A stretch of DNA of 64,000 nt from Vulcanimicrobiota bacterium. Lineage in GTDB: Bacteria; Vulcanimicrobiota; Xenobia; Xenobiales; JADMJV01. The translations under genes were made by a program, and so were the position numbers. Each line of letters starts with the position of its first letter. Position 1 is the stretch's first letter. Below the pieces are notes generated by a model. That model was not told where the DNA came from and did not search any database. It was given only the letters and a program-made list of their open reading frames with translations. The stretch lies in NCBI GenBank assembly GCA_050250895.1, contig JBFWNU010000001.1:3459247-3523246 (forward strand), in the 5' to 3' direction. Below are positions 42,771-51,992 of the stretch, one piece after another.

Positions 42771-43591
42771 TCGAGGTGGTCGGGGCCGGCATGGCCGGTC
42801 TGATGACGGCTCGCAGCCTGCACGAGCGCGGCCACCCGGTGGTGGTCTATGACGATGGCCGGGCCCTGGCTCCGCCGGCCGGCCTGGTCCACCTGTTCGC
42901 CGGTCGCACCTTTCGTCGTCATCCTCTCGAGGTCGAAGCCTTCGAACGCGCCATCGACTATTGGCGAAGCCAGCCCGAGGCCCGCGAGTACAGCGTGCGA
43001 CGCCAGGCGGGCCAGCGCCTGATCGGCAGTGCCGAAAGCCCGCTCCCAGCCGCCTTTGCCCCCCGCCGAGAGGGGGACTACTTTCATTACTCGCCGGCCT
43101 TCGTCGTCGACACGCCAGCCTGGCTCGAGCAGTTGCGCTCGCAACTGACCGTGCGAGGGGAGAGCCGCCAACTCGACCCCGGTGTGGTGGTGGCTACCGG
43201 TCCGGCCCTGGCCCAATGGCTGGCCCTGGACTGGGACCAGACCACCGGTAGCCTGTGGACCCTGGCCGGCCAACTCGACCAGGTCGAGATCGGCTCAGGC
43301 TATCACCTGGCTCCGCGGGGCGACCAGGTCGTAGCCGGCGGGGATTGCGAGGCGGCCTGCCTGCGCCTGAAGGCCACCCCGCACGGGCAATGGTCCGGCC
43401 AGCGCCTCACCCCGCGTCGGGATCACTGGCCGGTGTTGGGCTGGCACCGCCAACGCTTTCTCATCGGCGGCCTCGGCTCCCGCGGCCTGTTCTGGATGCC
43501 CTACCTGGCCCCTCTGGCGGCCCTGGCCATCGAACAAGGCCACAACGGCTCGCTGCCGGCCGAACTGTCGGTGGGACGGTTCGGCAGCTAG
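42767..43591 (+). CDS. FAD-dependent oxidoreductase (MnmC oxidoreductase-domain-like, DAO family)
   Basis: GTG at 42767 overlaps the upstream stop (GTGA). Dinucleotide fold IEVVGAGMAGLMTARSLHERGHPVVVYD. Confidence 0.72.
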   Translation: MIEVVGAGMAGLMTARSLHERGHPVVVYDDGRALAPPAGLVHLFAGRTFRRHPLEVEAFERAIDYWRSQPEAREYSVRRQAGQRLIGSAESPLPAAFAPRREGDYFHYSPAFVVDTPAWLEQLRSQLTVRGESRQLDPGVVVATGPALAQWLALDWDQTTGSLWTLAGQLDQVEIGSGYHLAPRGDQVVAGGDCEAACLRLKATPHGQWSGQRLTPRRDHWPVLGWHRQRFLIGGLGSRGLFWMPYLAPLAALAIEQGHNGSLPAELSVGRFGS

Positions 43592-45228
43592 CCGGGACCC
43601 GCGCTCGGACACTTTGTGGAAAGGCACTCTCGCAGACTGGCGAACTGGATCGGCTTGCAGATATAGTCGTCCATGCCGGCCTTCAGGCAGCGTTCTCGCC
43701 AGTCCTCGGCGGCGTGGGCCGTGAGGGCGATGACGGGAGTGTAGGAGCGGCCTGTGTCACGCTCTTCCAAGCGCAGGCGCTCGGTAGCCGCAAAGCCGTC
43801 GAGGACCGGCATCTGGACATCCATGAGGACGATGTCGAAGACCTGACTGCGGTAGGCTTCCACGGCCTCCTGGCCGTCCGTGGCCACCTCCACCTGACAC
43901 CCCAGCCGTCGCAGCAGCCCAACGGCCACCTTGCGATTGATGAGGTTATCGTCGGCCAACAGCACCCGTAAATCGGGACGGACCTGAAAGTCGGGCTCGA
44001 GCTGGCGGGCGGGCTGGATTTGAGGAACCTTCTGCAAGGGCAATTCGAGGTCCATGGACAGGGTGGTGCCCCGCCCCACCTCGCTCTCGATGGCCAGTTG
44101 GCCGCCCATGCGCCCGACTAGCTCTTTACAGATGGCCAGCCCTAAGCCGGTCCCACCCTGGCCGAGCAGGTCCGAGCGTTCGACCTGGGTGAAATGGTCA
44201 AAGATGCTCTCGAGCTTGTCGGCCGGAATACCGACGCCGGTGTCGGCCACCCACATTCGCAGGCGCGCCGACTCGGGCTTACGCTCGAGCAGTTCAGCTC
44301 CCACGGTCACCGAGCCGAACTCGGTGAACTTCAACGCGTTGCCGACCAGATTGATCAGCACCTGCCGGATGCGGCCGGCATCGCCATGAAGGTGGACCGG
44401 CAGCTCGGCCGCCAGCCGCCCTTCCAGCCGAACGCCTTTGCTTTTGGCCTGGCTCGAGAGAAGGTCCAGGACGGTCTGGACCTCTTCGGCGAGGTTGAAA
44501 TCGATCGGATGAAGGGTGAACTTGCCGGACTCTAACTTGGCGAAGTCCAGGATTTCGTTGATCACGTTGAGCAGGCCCACACTGCATTCTCTGATGGTGT
44601 CCAGCTTGGCCGCTACCCCACCCGGTAGGCCGTCCCGCTCGATCAGTTCTAGCATGCCCAGGATGCCGTTCATCGGGGTGCGCAGTTCGTGGCTGACGTT
44701 GGCCGTAAACCGCGCCCGGGCTTCGGCCTGGCGGAGCGCCTCGTCGCGTGCCCTGGAGAGTTCCTCTTCCGAGGCCCGCAGGAGTTGTTCGGTGCGCTTT
44801 CGCTCTTCCACTTCGGCCAGGGCTCTATCGCGAACCTCTCGATAGGCTCGGATGCGATGGCTGGCCTCGGTCACGTCCTCGACAGCCACCACCGCGTCAA
44901 AGCGTCCATCTTCGCGCGGCAGAGCCGAAACCGTCGCCTTTTGTAAGCGCTTGCCACCGTCAGGCAGTTCGCAGTCAAAAAAGTAGCCATGGAGCTGGGG
45001 GGAGAAGATCGCCGGGCAACCGTGCCCGAACACCATATTGAGCCGCTCGCGGAAGCGCGGAGTGCTCAGTTCGGGAAAGAACTCCCCCACGGACCGCCCC
45101 ACGATCTCGCTGCGGGGGATGCCGGTCCAGTCTTCCAAGCAACGATTCCAGGCCAGGACGATCAGATGCTCTTCGAGCACGCAGATCCCCTGGGGAATGC
45201 GATCGATCAGGTTGGGCCAGTAGGACAT
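43588..45228 (-). CDS. Hybrid sensor histidine kinase (PAS, HisKA, HATPase, C-terminal receiver)
   Basis: Starts at MSYWPNLIDRIPQGICVLE (PAS). H-box NVSHELRTPMNGI. GTGLGLAICK. Receiver VLLADDNLINR...LMDVQMPVLDG...ICKP. Confidence 0.85.
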   Translation of the reverse strand: MSYWPNLIDRIPQGICVLEEHLIVLAWNRCLEDWTGIPRSEIVGRSVGEFFPELSTPRFRERLNMVFGHGCPAIFSPQLHGYFFDCELPDGGKRLQKATVSALPREDGRFDAVVAVEDVTEASHRIRAYREVRDRALAEVEERKRTEQLLRASEEELSRARDEALRQAEARARFTANVSHELRTPMNGILGMLELIERDGLPGGVAAKLDTIRECSVGLLNVINEILDFAKLESGKFTLHPIDFNLAEEVQTVLDLLSSQAKSKGVRLEGRLAAELPVHLHGDAGRIRQVLINLVGNALKFTEFGSVTVGAELLERKPESARLRMWVADTGVGIPADKLESIFDHFTQVERSDLLGQGGTGLGLAICKELVGRMGGQLAIESEVGRGTTLSMDLELPLQKVPQIQPARQLEPDFQVRPDLRVLLADDNLINRKVAVGLLRRLGCQVEVATDGQEAVEAYRSQVFDIVLMDVQMPVLDGFAATERLRLEERDTGRSYTPVIALTAHAAEDWRERCLKAGMDDYICKPIQFASLRECLSTKCPSAGPG

Positions 45229-45821
45229 CAGGCCACCTCCGCCCAGCGACAGGTCGTTAGATAGAGCTTTAGAAGCTCCAGCGATTCTTGACGGAAGAAG
45301 AGCAAGATATCGGCTTCGATGATCCGGCCGCGAGTCTTGAAACTGGTGGTGACAGACAGGACTTTGGTGGTAGAGTTGGCCAGTTGTTCGGGTGAGGCCT
45401 CGAGATAATAGGGCACCCGGAAGTCGAACTGTCGCTCGAGCAGGTTGGCGAGCGTTCCCATAATGCTGTTGAGCACGATGTTGCCTACTTCGGTGAGGGT
45501 GGCAACCTTGAGCAGATCGAAGTCCTCGTCTTCTTCTCCCTCGCCGCTGAGGATGGCAGCCAGGTTGGCGGCACTCTCCGGCGAGAAGACCAGCGAGGCC
45601 GAGCCAATCAGGTTGCCGGTGAAGTCTAGCCTCACACAAGCCAGTTGCGAGCTGCCAAAGCGCTTTAGTTGATGCAGAAGCGCCTGCGGGAGGCTCAACA
45701 GTACCTGCGGGATACCGAGTTCGAGATGGTCCTCGAGCAGATCATTGAGAAGGACTGCGGCTCGTCCCATGCCGATATTGGTGAGCTCGGCCAGGGCGTC
45801 CAGGGTGTACTCGTCGAGCAT
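45228..45821 (-). CDS. CheC-like phosphatase family protein
   Basis: DALAELTNIGMGRAAVLLNDLL and the second pseudo-repeat LTEVGNIVLNSIMGTL. 1-nt overlaps with both neighbouring genes. Confidence 0.72.
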   Translation of the reverse strand: MLDEYTLDALAELTNIGMGRAAVLLNDLLEDHLELGIPQVLLSLPQALLHQLKRFGSSQLACVRLDFTGNLIGSASLVFSPESAANLAAILSGEGEEDEDFDLLKVATLTEVGNIVLNSIMGTLANLLERQFDFRVPYYLEASPEQLANSTTKVLSVTTSFKTRGRIIEADILLFFRQESLELLKLYLTTCRWAEVA

Positions 45822-46183
45822 CAGGCAGCGTCCAGTTCTGCTCGCACGACTTCGGCCAGATTGTCCGCGCAGAAGGGCTTGTTGAGAAAGGCTTTGACGC
45901 CATAGGCCAGACAGGCCTGGTGGGAGGTGTGCTGGATATCGGCGGTGAGCACCACCACCGGTGTCGTGACGCCTCGGTCGCGTAGGGCCGACAGCATCTC
46001 GAGGCCGGTTCGATTCGGCATCAACAGGTCCGTCAGGATGAGGTCGGGTTGCTCGCATTCGACGGCCTGGAGCCCTTCGTCTCCGTCACAGGCCTCCAGC
46101 AACTCCCAACCCCATGGAGCCAGGGCTTGCTTGACTCGCGAGCGTTGAAAGCGCGAATCGTCGACGATCAGAACTTTGGGCAT
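45821..46183 (-). CDS. CheY-like single-domain response regulator
   Basis: VLIVDDSRFQR, ILTDLLMPNRTG, FLNKP. 120 aa. Confidence 0.88.
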   Translation of the reverse strand: MPKVLIVDDSRFQRSRVKQALAPWGWELLEACDGDEGLQAVECEQPDLILTDLLMPNRTGLEMLSALRDRGVTTPVVVLTADIQHTSHQACLAYGVKAFLNKPFCADNLAEVVRAELDAA

Positions 46184-46274
46184 GTCTCCTCCGATTGTTG
46201 GCTCCTAGCCTCATCGGTGGACAGCGAGAATGGTTAAGGCCCGTGGACCTATACGGAGGTATGCGTTTGAGCGC

Positions 46275-47021
46275 TTAGGCGGCGATGGCGGCTTCGGCCA
46301 GGGGGATCCGGACCGAGAAGCGGGCGCCACCCAGTGGGCTTTCGTCGACTTCGATCGAACCGCCGTGTTCGCCCACGATGCGCTGGCAGTTCCACAGCCC
46401 CAGACCAGAACCGCCGGCCTTGGCAGTGAAGAACGGCGAGAAGATGCGAGCGCGGTGTTCGGCGGGTACTCCGGGGCCGTTGTCGTCGACGGTGAGCACG
46501 GCCCAGCCGTTGTGCCGGGTCAGGCTGACTTGAATCTCTCCGTGGCGGTCGAGGGCTTCGCTGGCGTTGAGCACCAGGTTGCACAGCACCTGACGCAGTT
46601 GCACGCTCAGGCCGTGCACCTGGACTTCGGGCTGCGCTTCGAAGAGGACGCGCACGCCTCTTTCGCGGGCGGTAGGACGGACCAGCCGCAAGGTGTCTTC
46701 GGCCAGACGGCCGAGATCGATCAGGTCGAGAGCCGGCTGTTCACGAGCCACTTCGAGCACGCTCGAGAGCATCTCGTTCATGTCTTTCATACTCTCGTGG
46801 ATGCGGTCAAAGCCCCGGGTGACCCGCTGATCCTGGTCGTCTTTCTCGAGCAGAGCTTCGACCCGGTCGACCAGCAGCACCATGTTGCACAGTAGGTTTC
46901 TGGCGTCGTGAACGACTCCGGCCGAGAGGCGCCCAAGCAGGGCGAGCATTTCTTCCTGGCCGTCTGTGTGCTCTGGTCTGTGTAGCATTTCAACCTCGTG
47001 TGTGTTTGTTCTTGGAACCAT
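46275..47021 (-). CDS. Cytoplasmic histidine kinase (HisKA plus HATPase, no sensor domain recognised)
   Basis: H-box SAGVVHDARNLL. N box LVLNASEA. DNGPGV. GSGLGLWNC. The start is uncertain (ATG at 47021 or an internal Met). Confidence 0.8.
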   Translation of the reverse strand: MVPRTNTHEVEMLHRPEHTDGQEEMLALLGRLSAGVVHDARNLLCNMVLLVDRVEALLEKDDQDQRVTRGFDRIHESMKDMNEMLSSVLEVAREQPALDLIDLGRLAEDTLRLVRPTARERGVRVLFEAQPEVQVHGLSVQLRQVLCNLVLNASEALDRHGEIQVSLTRHNGWAVLTVDDNGPGVPAEHRARIFSPFFTAKAGGSGLGLWNCQRIVGEHGGSIEVDESPLGGARFSVRIPLAEAAIAA

Positions 47022-47066
47022 CTTAATCTTCGGCAGTGTAGAGCAAGTTTTATCGGCCCGGATTTG

Positions 47067-48017
47067 ATGAACAAAGTGTTAAAAGTTTCGAACAAGTTTG
47101 TTAACCTGTTCGATTGGCTCCAAAGGAATGACTCTGCTGGCCCAGAAACTCGGGGAGTGGGGAAGCGGTTGCTCATACTCGAGGACGATGAGGACATGCG
47201 CGAGAGCCTGTTGGAAGCGCTCGAAGACCTCGATTTTGACGTGACCGGCGCTGCTTCCAGCCACCAGGCCCTCGAGCTGGCCCGGCGTTCTCGTTTTGAC
47301 CTGGTGATTCACGATGTGCGCATGGCCGAGATGGACGGGCTCGAGGCGATGGCCGGTATCCGCCAGCTGCAACCCGACATCAAGGCCATCGTGATCACCG
47401 GTTATGCCGACGATAGCGCCCCCACCCGGGCCATCCAGCAGCGTGCCTCGGACTACATCTACAAGCCGTTCCAGCTGCGCGAATTGATCAAAGTGATCGA
47501 GAACGTGCTCAGTGCCGAAGAACTGGCCCGCCGGAACGACGGCATCATGGAGAAGCTGTCGCGGGGGTTTCAGGCTTTGCGTTCGCGCTTGACGGCCCGT
47601 CGCTGGGAAAGTGTCAGACAGTTGCGCCTGGATACTTATCAGGCCTATTTCGTGGGGGTGCGCTCGCGCAAGCTCGACGAGCGCAACGCCCGTCGCCTGT
47701 GGTATCTGTTCGAGCCGCTCGAAGGGCTGTGGTTGCAAGAGAGAGAGCAAGACCTCGACACCCTCGAGCAACGCTATCAGTACATCCTGGACCTGCTGGG
47801 GGCACTCGACCGGCAAGAACTGCAGCTCAACGAAGTCAGCAAGTCCATCGATGCCGATCTCTTTGCCGGTTTCTATCGGCGCCTGCAAGAAGGTAAGCTG
47901 GCTTTGCATCAGCTCACCATGGCCGCGTTCTTGCGCTCCGTCGATCGGGTGACGCTACTGCAGTTTCCCGACATGCAAGAGCTACGCCGACTGGTTTGGG
48001 GTCAGCCCCAGGAGTGA
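47067..48017 (+). CDS. Response regulator with uncharacterised helical C-terminal domain
   Basis: LLILEDDEDMRE, VIHDVRMAEMDG, IYKP. The C-terminal roughly 190 aa have no recognisable family. Confidence 0.78.
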   Translation: MNKVLKVSNKFVNLFDWLQRNDSAGPETRGVGKRLLILEDDEDMRESLLEALEDLDFDVTGAASSHQALELARRSRFDLVIHDVRMAEMDGLEAMAGIRQLQPDIKAIVITGYADDSAPTRAIQQRASDYIYKPFQLRELIKVIENVLSAEELARRNDGIMEKLSRGFQALRSRLTARRWESVRQLRLDTYQAYFVGVRSRKLDERNARRLWYLFEPLEGLWLQEREQDLDTLEQRYQYILDLLGALDRQELQLNEVSKSIDADLFAGFYRRLQEGKLALHQLTMAAFLRSVDRVTLLQFPDMQELRRLVWGQPQE

Positions 48018-50380
48018 GCGGCCACATTCTTCTGCTCGAAGACGACCAGCACATGCGGGCGGCGCTGGTCCAGGTGCTTACCGACCAGGGCTATGAGGTC
48101 ACGGCCGTCACCCGGGGCGAAGAGGCGGTGGAGAAGGCTCGTGCCCACAGTTTCGACCTGATCGTGGCCGACATTCGGATGGAAGGAATGGGCGGGCTTG
48201 AGGCCGTCGCCCAGACCAAGCAGCACCAGCCCGACATCGGCTCGCTGCTGGTGACCGGTTACGCCTCCGAAGAAGAGACCTCGCGGGCGCGCGATCTCAG
48301 GGTGGGCGGTTACTTGAAGAAGCCCTTTCGCATGCGTAAGCTGGTGGAACTGGTCAATCAGCAACTGGCCGCCCGTCGCACCCAGCAACGACGCCAGGCC
48401 CGAGGCTCCAATCACCGGCGCATCTCGTTGTGGGCGCTGGGCGAGTTGGCCCGACTGGCCGACCGCGAGGGCGTGGTCCAGGCCAGTGGCACCCTGGCCC
48501 GGGCGGGCGGCCTGGCCGAGTCGCTGGCCGGGCTGCTCGAACTCGAGCCCGAAGTAGCCCAAGAGTTGGGCGTGGCCACCATGTTGTTACCCCTGCGCGA
48601 TCGCCTGGGATGGTCGTGTGAGCCGCTGCTGGATGACCCGAGCCTGTTGCCGGTGGTGGCCTCGGTGCTGTCCCCCCCCGACCCCGAGGCCGGGCTCCCC
48701 GTCGAGGTTGCTCTGGCCGACCTTTGTTGGACCGCCTGTCAGGACCGCCCCGACGAGGAGTTGCCGGATGCCGATGAGCTGGCCCAGCGTTACCCCGGCC
48801 GTTTCGAGCCAGAGCTGCTGGCGGACTATCAGCGCGTGCGCCAGACTCGCCCCCTGGTCAGTGATAGCCAGGCTCTGCCGGGTCACGAGCCGCGCAGCTT
48901 GCTGGGCCTGGCCCGAACTTTGGAGCGGGTGGGCGACCACGAGGCGGCCGAGCGGGCCTATCGCGAGGTGCTGGCGGCCAGCCGCACCCGCCGCTCGGGA
49001 GTTGAAGCGCGGCTGGGACTGGGCCGGCTGGCTCTGGCCGGCAAGTTGCCCGACCAGGCCCGGCAGCTGGTGGAAGAGGCCACCGCCGCGGCCCGCAGCC
49101 TGGGGCCGGTGGCCAAGGCCGGCGCCCAGCTCGAAGCCGGGCTGACCTTGCTGCAACTTGGCGCCGAAGAGGCTAGCGAGGTGCTGAGGGCGGCTCGCGA
49201 CGGCTATGACCGACTGGGGCTTTCGGCCGGAGCCGCCCTCGCCAGTGTGGCCCTGGCCCGGCTCGGCGAGGTCGACGACTTTTCTCAAAGGCTGGCGGCC
49301 CTGGTGGGTGGCGCCCGCTCCCCCGAGGTGGAAGCGGCCCTGGCCTGGCTCTGGCCCAGTCTGCTCGAGCTTTCGGGCCAGCTCGACTGCGAATCGGCGG
49401 TGCTCGGTCTGTTGGGCCAGTTGAGCTGGTCTCTCGAGGCGCTCCTGGCCCAGGGGCGCCTGAGCCGCGAGCACAAGTTGCGCTTGCTGGAGATGCTCGA
49501 GGCCGGGGGCGGCTTCGGGCCCGAAGGGCTGGTGGCCCGCCTGAGCCAGGACTCCGACAGCGAACTGGCCGAACGAGCCGCTCGTCTGGGCGAAGAGGCA
49601 AGCTCGGCCCCGGCCGCCCCCACGGTGAGGGTCAGCTCGTTTGGATACTTCACCGTTCAGATCGGGGGCAAGGTGCTCTCGGACCGCGAGTGGCGCACCC
49701 AGAAAACCCGCTATCTGTTCGCCTATCTGGCCAACCCCTGGGGTAGCCAGTCCCACTCCGAGGCCGTGCTCGAAGCCTTTTGGCCCGAAGACCTGATGAA
49801 GGCTCGTCAGGCTATGTATTGGTCCATCTCGACCGCCCGCCGCGTGATGCGCGAGCATTCCGACGAGTTGAGCGAGTTGATCGTGCGTGACGGCGACAAT
49901 CTATGCCTGGCTGGCGAGATTCCCCACTGGCACGATGTGGAGGAGTTCGAGCGGGCCTACGAGGCCGCCCGAACGGCCGACCAGGAGGGGCGGCATCAAG
50001 AGGCTCAAGCAGGTTACCGCGAGGCGGTCGAACTCTATCGAGGACCCTACCTCGAGGGGTGCTTTTTCGACTGGGCTCTCGAGCGTCGCCGCGATTACAC
50101 CCGCAAATGCAGCGACGCTCTCGCGAAGCTGGCCGGGGCGGCCGCCGCTCGCGATGACCATGACCTGACCCTGGAATACGCCCAACGTTTGCTCGAGCAA
50201 TCGCCCCACGCTCAGGATGCCCACCTGTTGGTCATGAATACCTATCTCAAGACGGGCCGCCCCGAACTTGCCATCGAGCAGTTTCGGCGCTGCGAGAAAC
50301 TGTTGCGTAGCGAGTACGAGCTCGAGCCGGTCACCGAGTTGATCGAAGCCTATTATCGGGCTCGCCTGGAGATGCCTTGA
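48014..50380 (+). CDS. Receiver-domain protein with a long helical/TPR-like middle and a C-terminal SARP-type winged-helix plus BTAD domain
   Basis: GTGA overlap with the upstream gene. REC: ILLLEDDQHMR, IVADIRMEGMGG, LKKP. C-terminus: VRVSSFGYFTVQIGGKVL...WRTQKTRYLFAYLA (wHTH) followed by BTAD (YREAVELYRGPYLEG...AHLLVMNTYLKTGRPELAIEQFRRCEKLLRSEYELEP). Confidence 0.78.
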   Translation: MSGHILLLEDDQHMRAALVQVLTDQGYEVTAVTRGEEAVEKARAHSFDLIVADIRMEGMGGLEAVAQTKQHQPDIGSLLVTGYASEEETSRARDLRVGGYLKKPFRMRKLVELVNQQLAARRTQQRRQARGSNHRRISLWALGELARLADREGVVQASGTLARAGGLAESLAGLLELEPEVAQELGVATMLLPLRDRLGWSCEPLLDDPSLLPVVASVLSPPDPEAGLPVEVALADLCWTACQDRPDEELPDADELAQRYPGRFEPELLADYQRVRQTRPLVSDSQALPGHEPRSLLGLARTLERVGDHEAAERAYREVLAASRTRRSGVEARLGLGRLALAGKLPDQARQLVEEATAAARSLGPVAKAGAQLEAGLTLLQLGAEEASEVLRAARDGYDRLGLSAGAALASVALARLGEVDDFSQRLAALVGGARSPEVEAALAWLWPSLLELSGQLDCESAVLGLLGQLSWSLEALLAQGRLSREHKLRLLEMLEAGGGFGPEGLVARLSQDSDSELAERAARLGEEASSAPAAPTVRVSSFGYFTVQIGGKVLSDREWRTQKTRYLFAYLANPWGSQSHSEAVLEAFWPEDLMKARQAMYWSISTARRVMREHSDELSELIVRDGDNLCLAGEIPHWHDVEEFERAYEAARTADQEGRHQEAQAGYREAVELYRGPYLEGCFFDWALERRRDYTRKCSDALAKLAGAAAARDDHDLTLEYAQRLLEQSPHAQDAHLLVMNTYLKTGRPELAIEQFRRCEKLLRSEYELEPVTELIEAYYRARLEMP

Positions 50381-51414
50381 CGGCCTGGCTGCTGGCGGCG
50401 GCCGTCGCCCTGGGGGCCGCTCGCAGCGAGCCCGGCTGGCAACAGGTGGTGGCCACCAGCCTGGAGCGCTTTTCGGCCGTCCGGGTCATCCTCTTTGAAC
50501 TCGAGCCTGAACTGGTCCATCAGCGGGGTGAACTCGGCTTTGAGCGAGCCCGCTGGCTGCCGCAATCAGCCGGTCTTAGCCCGGAGGGGTGGCTGGTGGC
50601 TCCCATCCTCAACGACGACAAGCCCCTGGGATTGATCGTGGCCGCCGGTGAGGCGGACGACCTCGACGGGCTACGACTGTTTGGCCATCTGGCCGGGGCC
50701 AGCCTGACCAACTTGCGGCTGTTGGACCAGCTGATGCAGTCAGCCAAGCTGGCCACCCTCGGTCAGATGACGGCCGGGGTAGCCCATGAACTCAACAATC
50801 CGCTAGGGGCGATGACCCTGTGGCTGGATACGGCTTCGATGCTGGTCGACCGCAAGCCCGAGAAGGCCGTGGCCCAGATCGAGTCGGCCCTCGAGGCGCT
50901 CGAGCGCTGTCAGCGCATTCTCGACAACGTGCTGCATTTCGCTCGCAAACGGGAAGCTCACAGCACCGAGGAGATCACTCTCGACACCCTGGTAGAGCGG
51001 GTGCTCGAGACCCTGCATCCCAATCTCAAACGGATTCCTCAGACGGTCGAGTTGGGTTCGCGCGCCCGGGTCGAGGGCAACAGTCTCGAGTTGCAGCAGC
51101 TGCTGGTCAACTTGCTGCTCAACGCGCGCGACGCCCTGCTGCCGGTGGAGGGTCCTCGGCTGTGGGTGAGGACGCGCCAGCAGAACGGTCGAGCCCGGGT
51201 CGAGATCGAAGACAACGGCCCCGGAGTGGGAGCGGCCGACGCGGAGCGGATCTTTGCCCCGTTCTTCACCACCAAGCCTCCGGGCAGTGGCACCGGGCTC
51301 GGCCTCTCCTTGAGTCGCGAGATAGCCCGCAGCCACCAGGGCTATCTGACCGTGACCGGCGGCGCCCAGGGCGGGGCCCTGTTCGTACTCGACCTACCCG
51401 TGGCCGAAGTTTGA
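50377..51414 (+). CDS. GAF-like domain histidine kinase
   Basis: TTG start overlaps the upstream stop (TTGA). H-box AGVAHELNNPLG. N box LLLNARDA. DNGPGV. GTGLGLS. Confidence 0.82.
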   Translation: MTAWLLAAAVALGAARSEPGWQQVVATSLERFSAVRVILFELEPELVHQRGELGFERARWLPQSAGLSPEGWLVAPILNDDKPLGLIVAAGEADDLDGLRLFGHLAGASLTNLRLLDQLMQSAKLATLGQMTAGVAHELNNPLGAMTLWLDTASMLVDRKPEKAVAQIESALEALERCQRILDNVLHFARKREAHSTEEITLDTLVERVLETLHPNLKRIPQTVELGSRARVEGNSLELQQLLVNLLLNARDALLPVEGPRLWVRTRQQNGRARVEIEDNGPGVGAADAERIFAPFFTTKPPGSGTGLGLSLSREIARSHQGYLTVTGGAQGGALFVLDLPVAEV

Positions 51415-51927
51415 ATCGGCTAGATAGTGGTCGAGGTGATGGGCCCGGTCCTCGCAGCCCATGAGCACGCCCCGCAGCAGGGTCTCGGAGCCGAAGTCGC
51501 CCAACTCGTTGGTGGCCCGAATGGATTGGCGCAACATCATAGCCATACGCTGCTCGGCTCGCAGGTCGTGCACCAGCATGGCCCGCAACGGATAGTTCTG
51601 CTCGGGCTCGTGGTCGAGATAAGAGAACTCTAGCAGCGCGGCCGGACTCGAGGCGGGCATGCCGCCGAGCATGGTGACGCGCTCGGCCACTGCATCGAGA
51701 GCCTTGAGGACGGCGGTGTACTGTTCTTCGAAGAAGTGATGCAGATCGCGGAAGACGTGCCCCTCGACCATCCAGTGATGCTTCTGGTATTGGTGAAACA
51801 GTACGCTCAGCGAAGCCTGGTGGCGGCGTAAGTCGGTGGCCACCGCCGAGGCGGTCTCGCTCTCGAGTCCGATCGGATTGCCGGTGTTCTCTTCGGATAT
51901 GCCTGGTTGAGAAGAAAGTGTGTCCAC
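51394..51927 (-). CDS. dps: Dps family DNA-protection/ferritin-like protein
   Basis: LFHQYQKHHWMVEGHVFRDLHHFFEEQY and DAVAERVTMLGG are typical Dps ferroxidase-site helices. Confidence 0.88.
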   Translation of the reverse strand: MDTLSSQPGISEENTGNPIGLESETASAVATDLRRHQASLSVLFHQYQKHHWMVEGHVFRDLHHFFEEQYTAVLKALDAVAERVTMLGGMPASSPAALLEFSYLDHEPEQNYPLRAMLVHDLRAEQRMAMMLRQSIRATNELGDFGSETLLRGVLMGCEDRAHHLDHYLADSNFGHG

Positions 51928-51992
51928 GTTCGATCCTTTCCGGAGCCCGAGCCCCGGACGCCACCTTTGGCAAGCATGCGCCGGCCTCCTTT

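Noticed and set aside
43588-45639. N-terminal extensions of the hybrid kinase (to 45639), the CheC-like gene (to 46058), the GAF kinase (to 54812), the S9 peptidase (to 42160) and the M42 peptidase (from 62206)
   Set aside because: The extensions overlap the upstream genes and have shadow-like composition. Internal starts give canonical domain N-termini or signal peptides and produce 1-4-nt start/stop overlaps.
7752-48604. HIP1 octamer (GCGATCGC) as evidence for a cyanobacterial origin
   Set aside because: By eye I count about 6 copies outside the 28-kb array (near 7752, 18766, 33048, 37006, 41642 and 48597). A rough composition-based estimate predicts about 2-3. That is suggestive but not convincing. 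The LepA sequence does not look especially cyanobacterial to me. A genome-wide octamer count and marker-gene phylogeny are needed, so I make no taxonomic claim.
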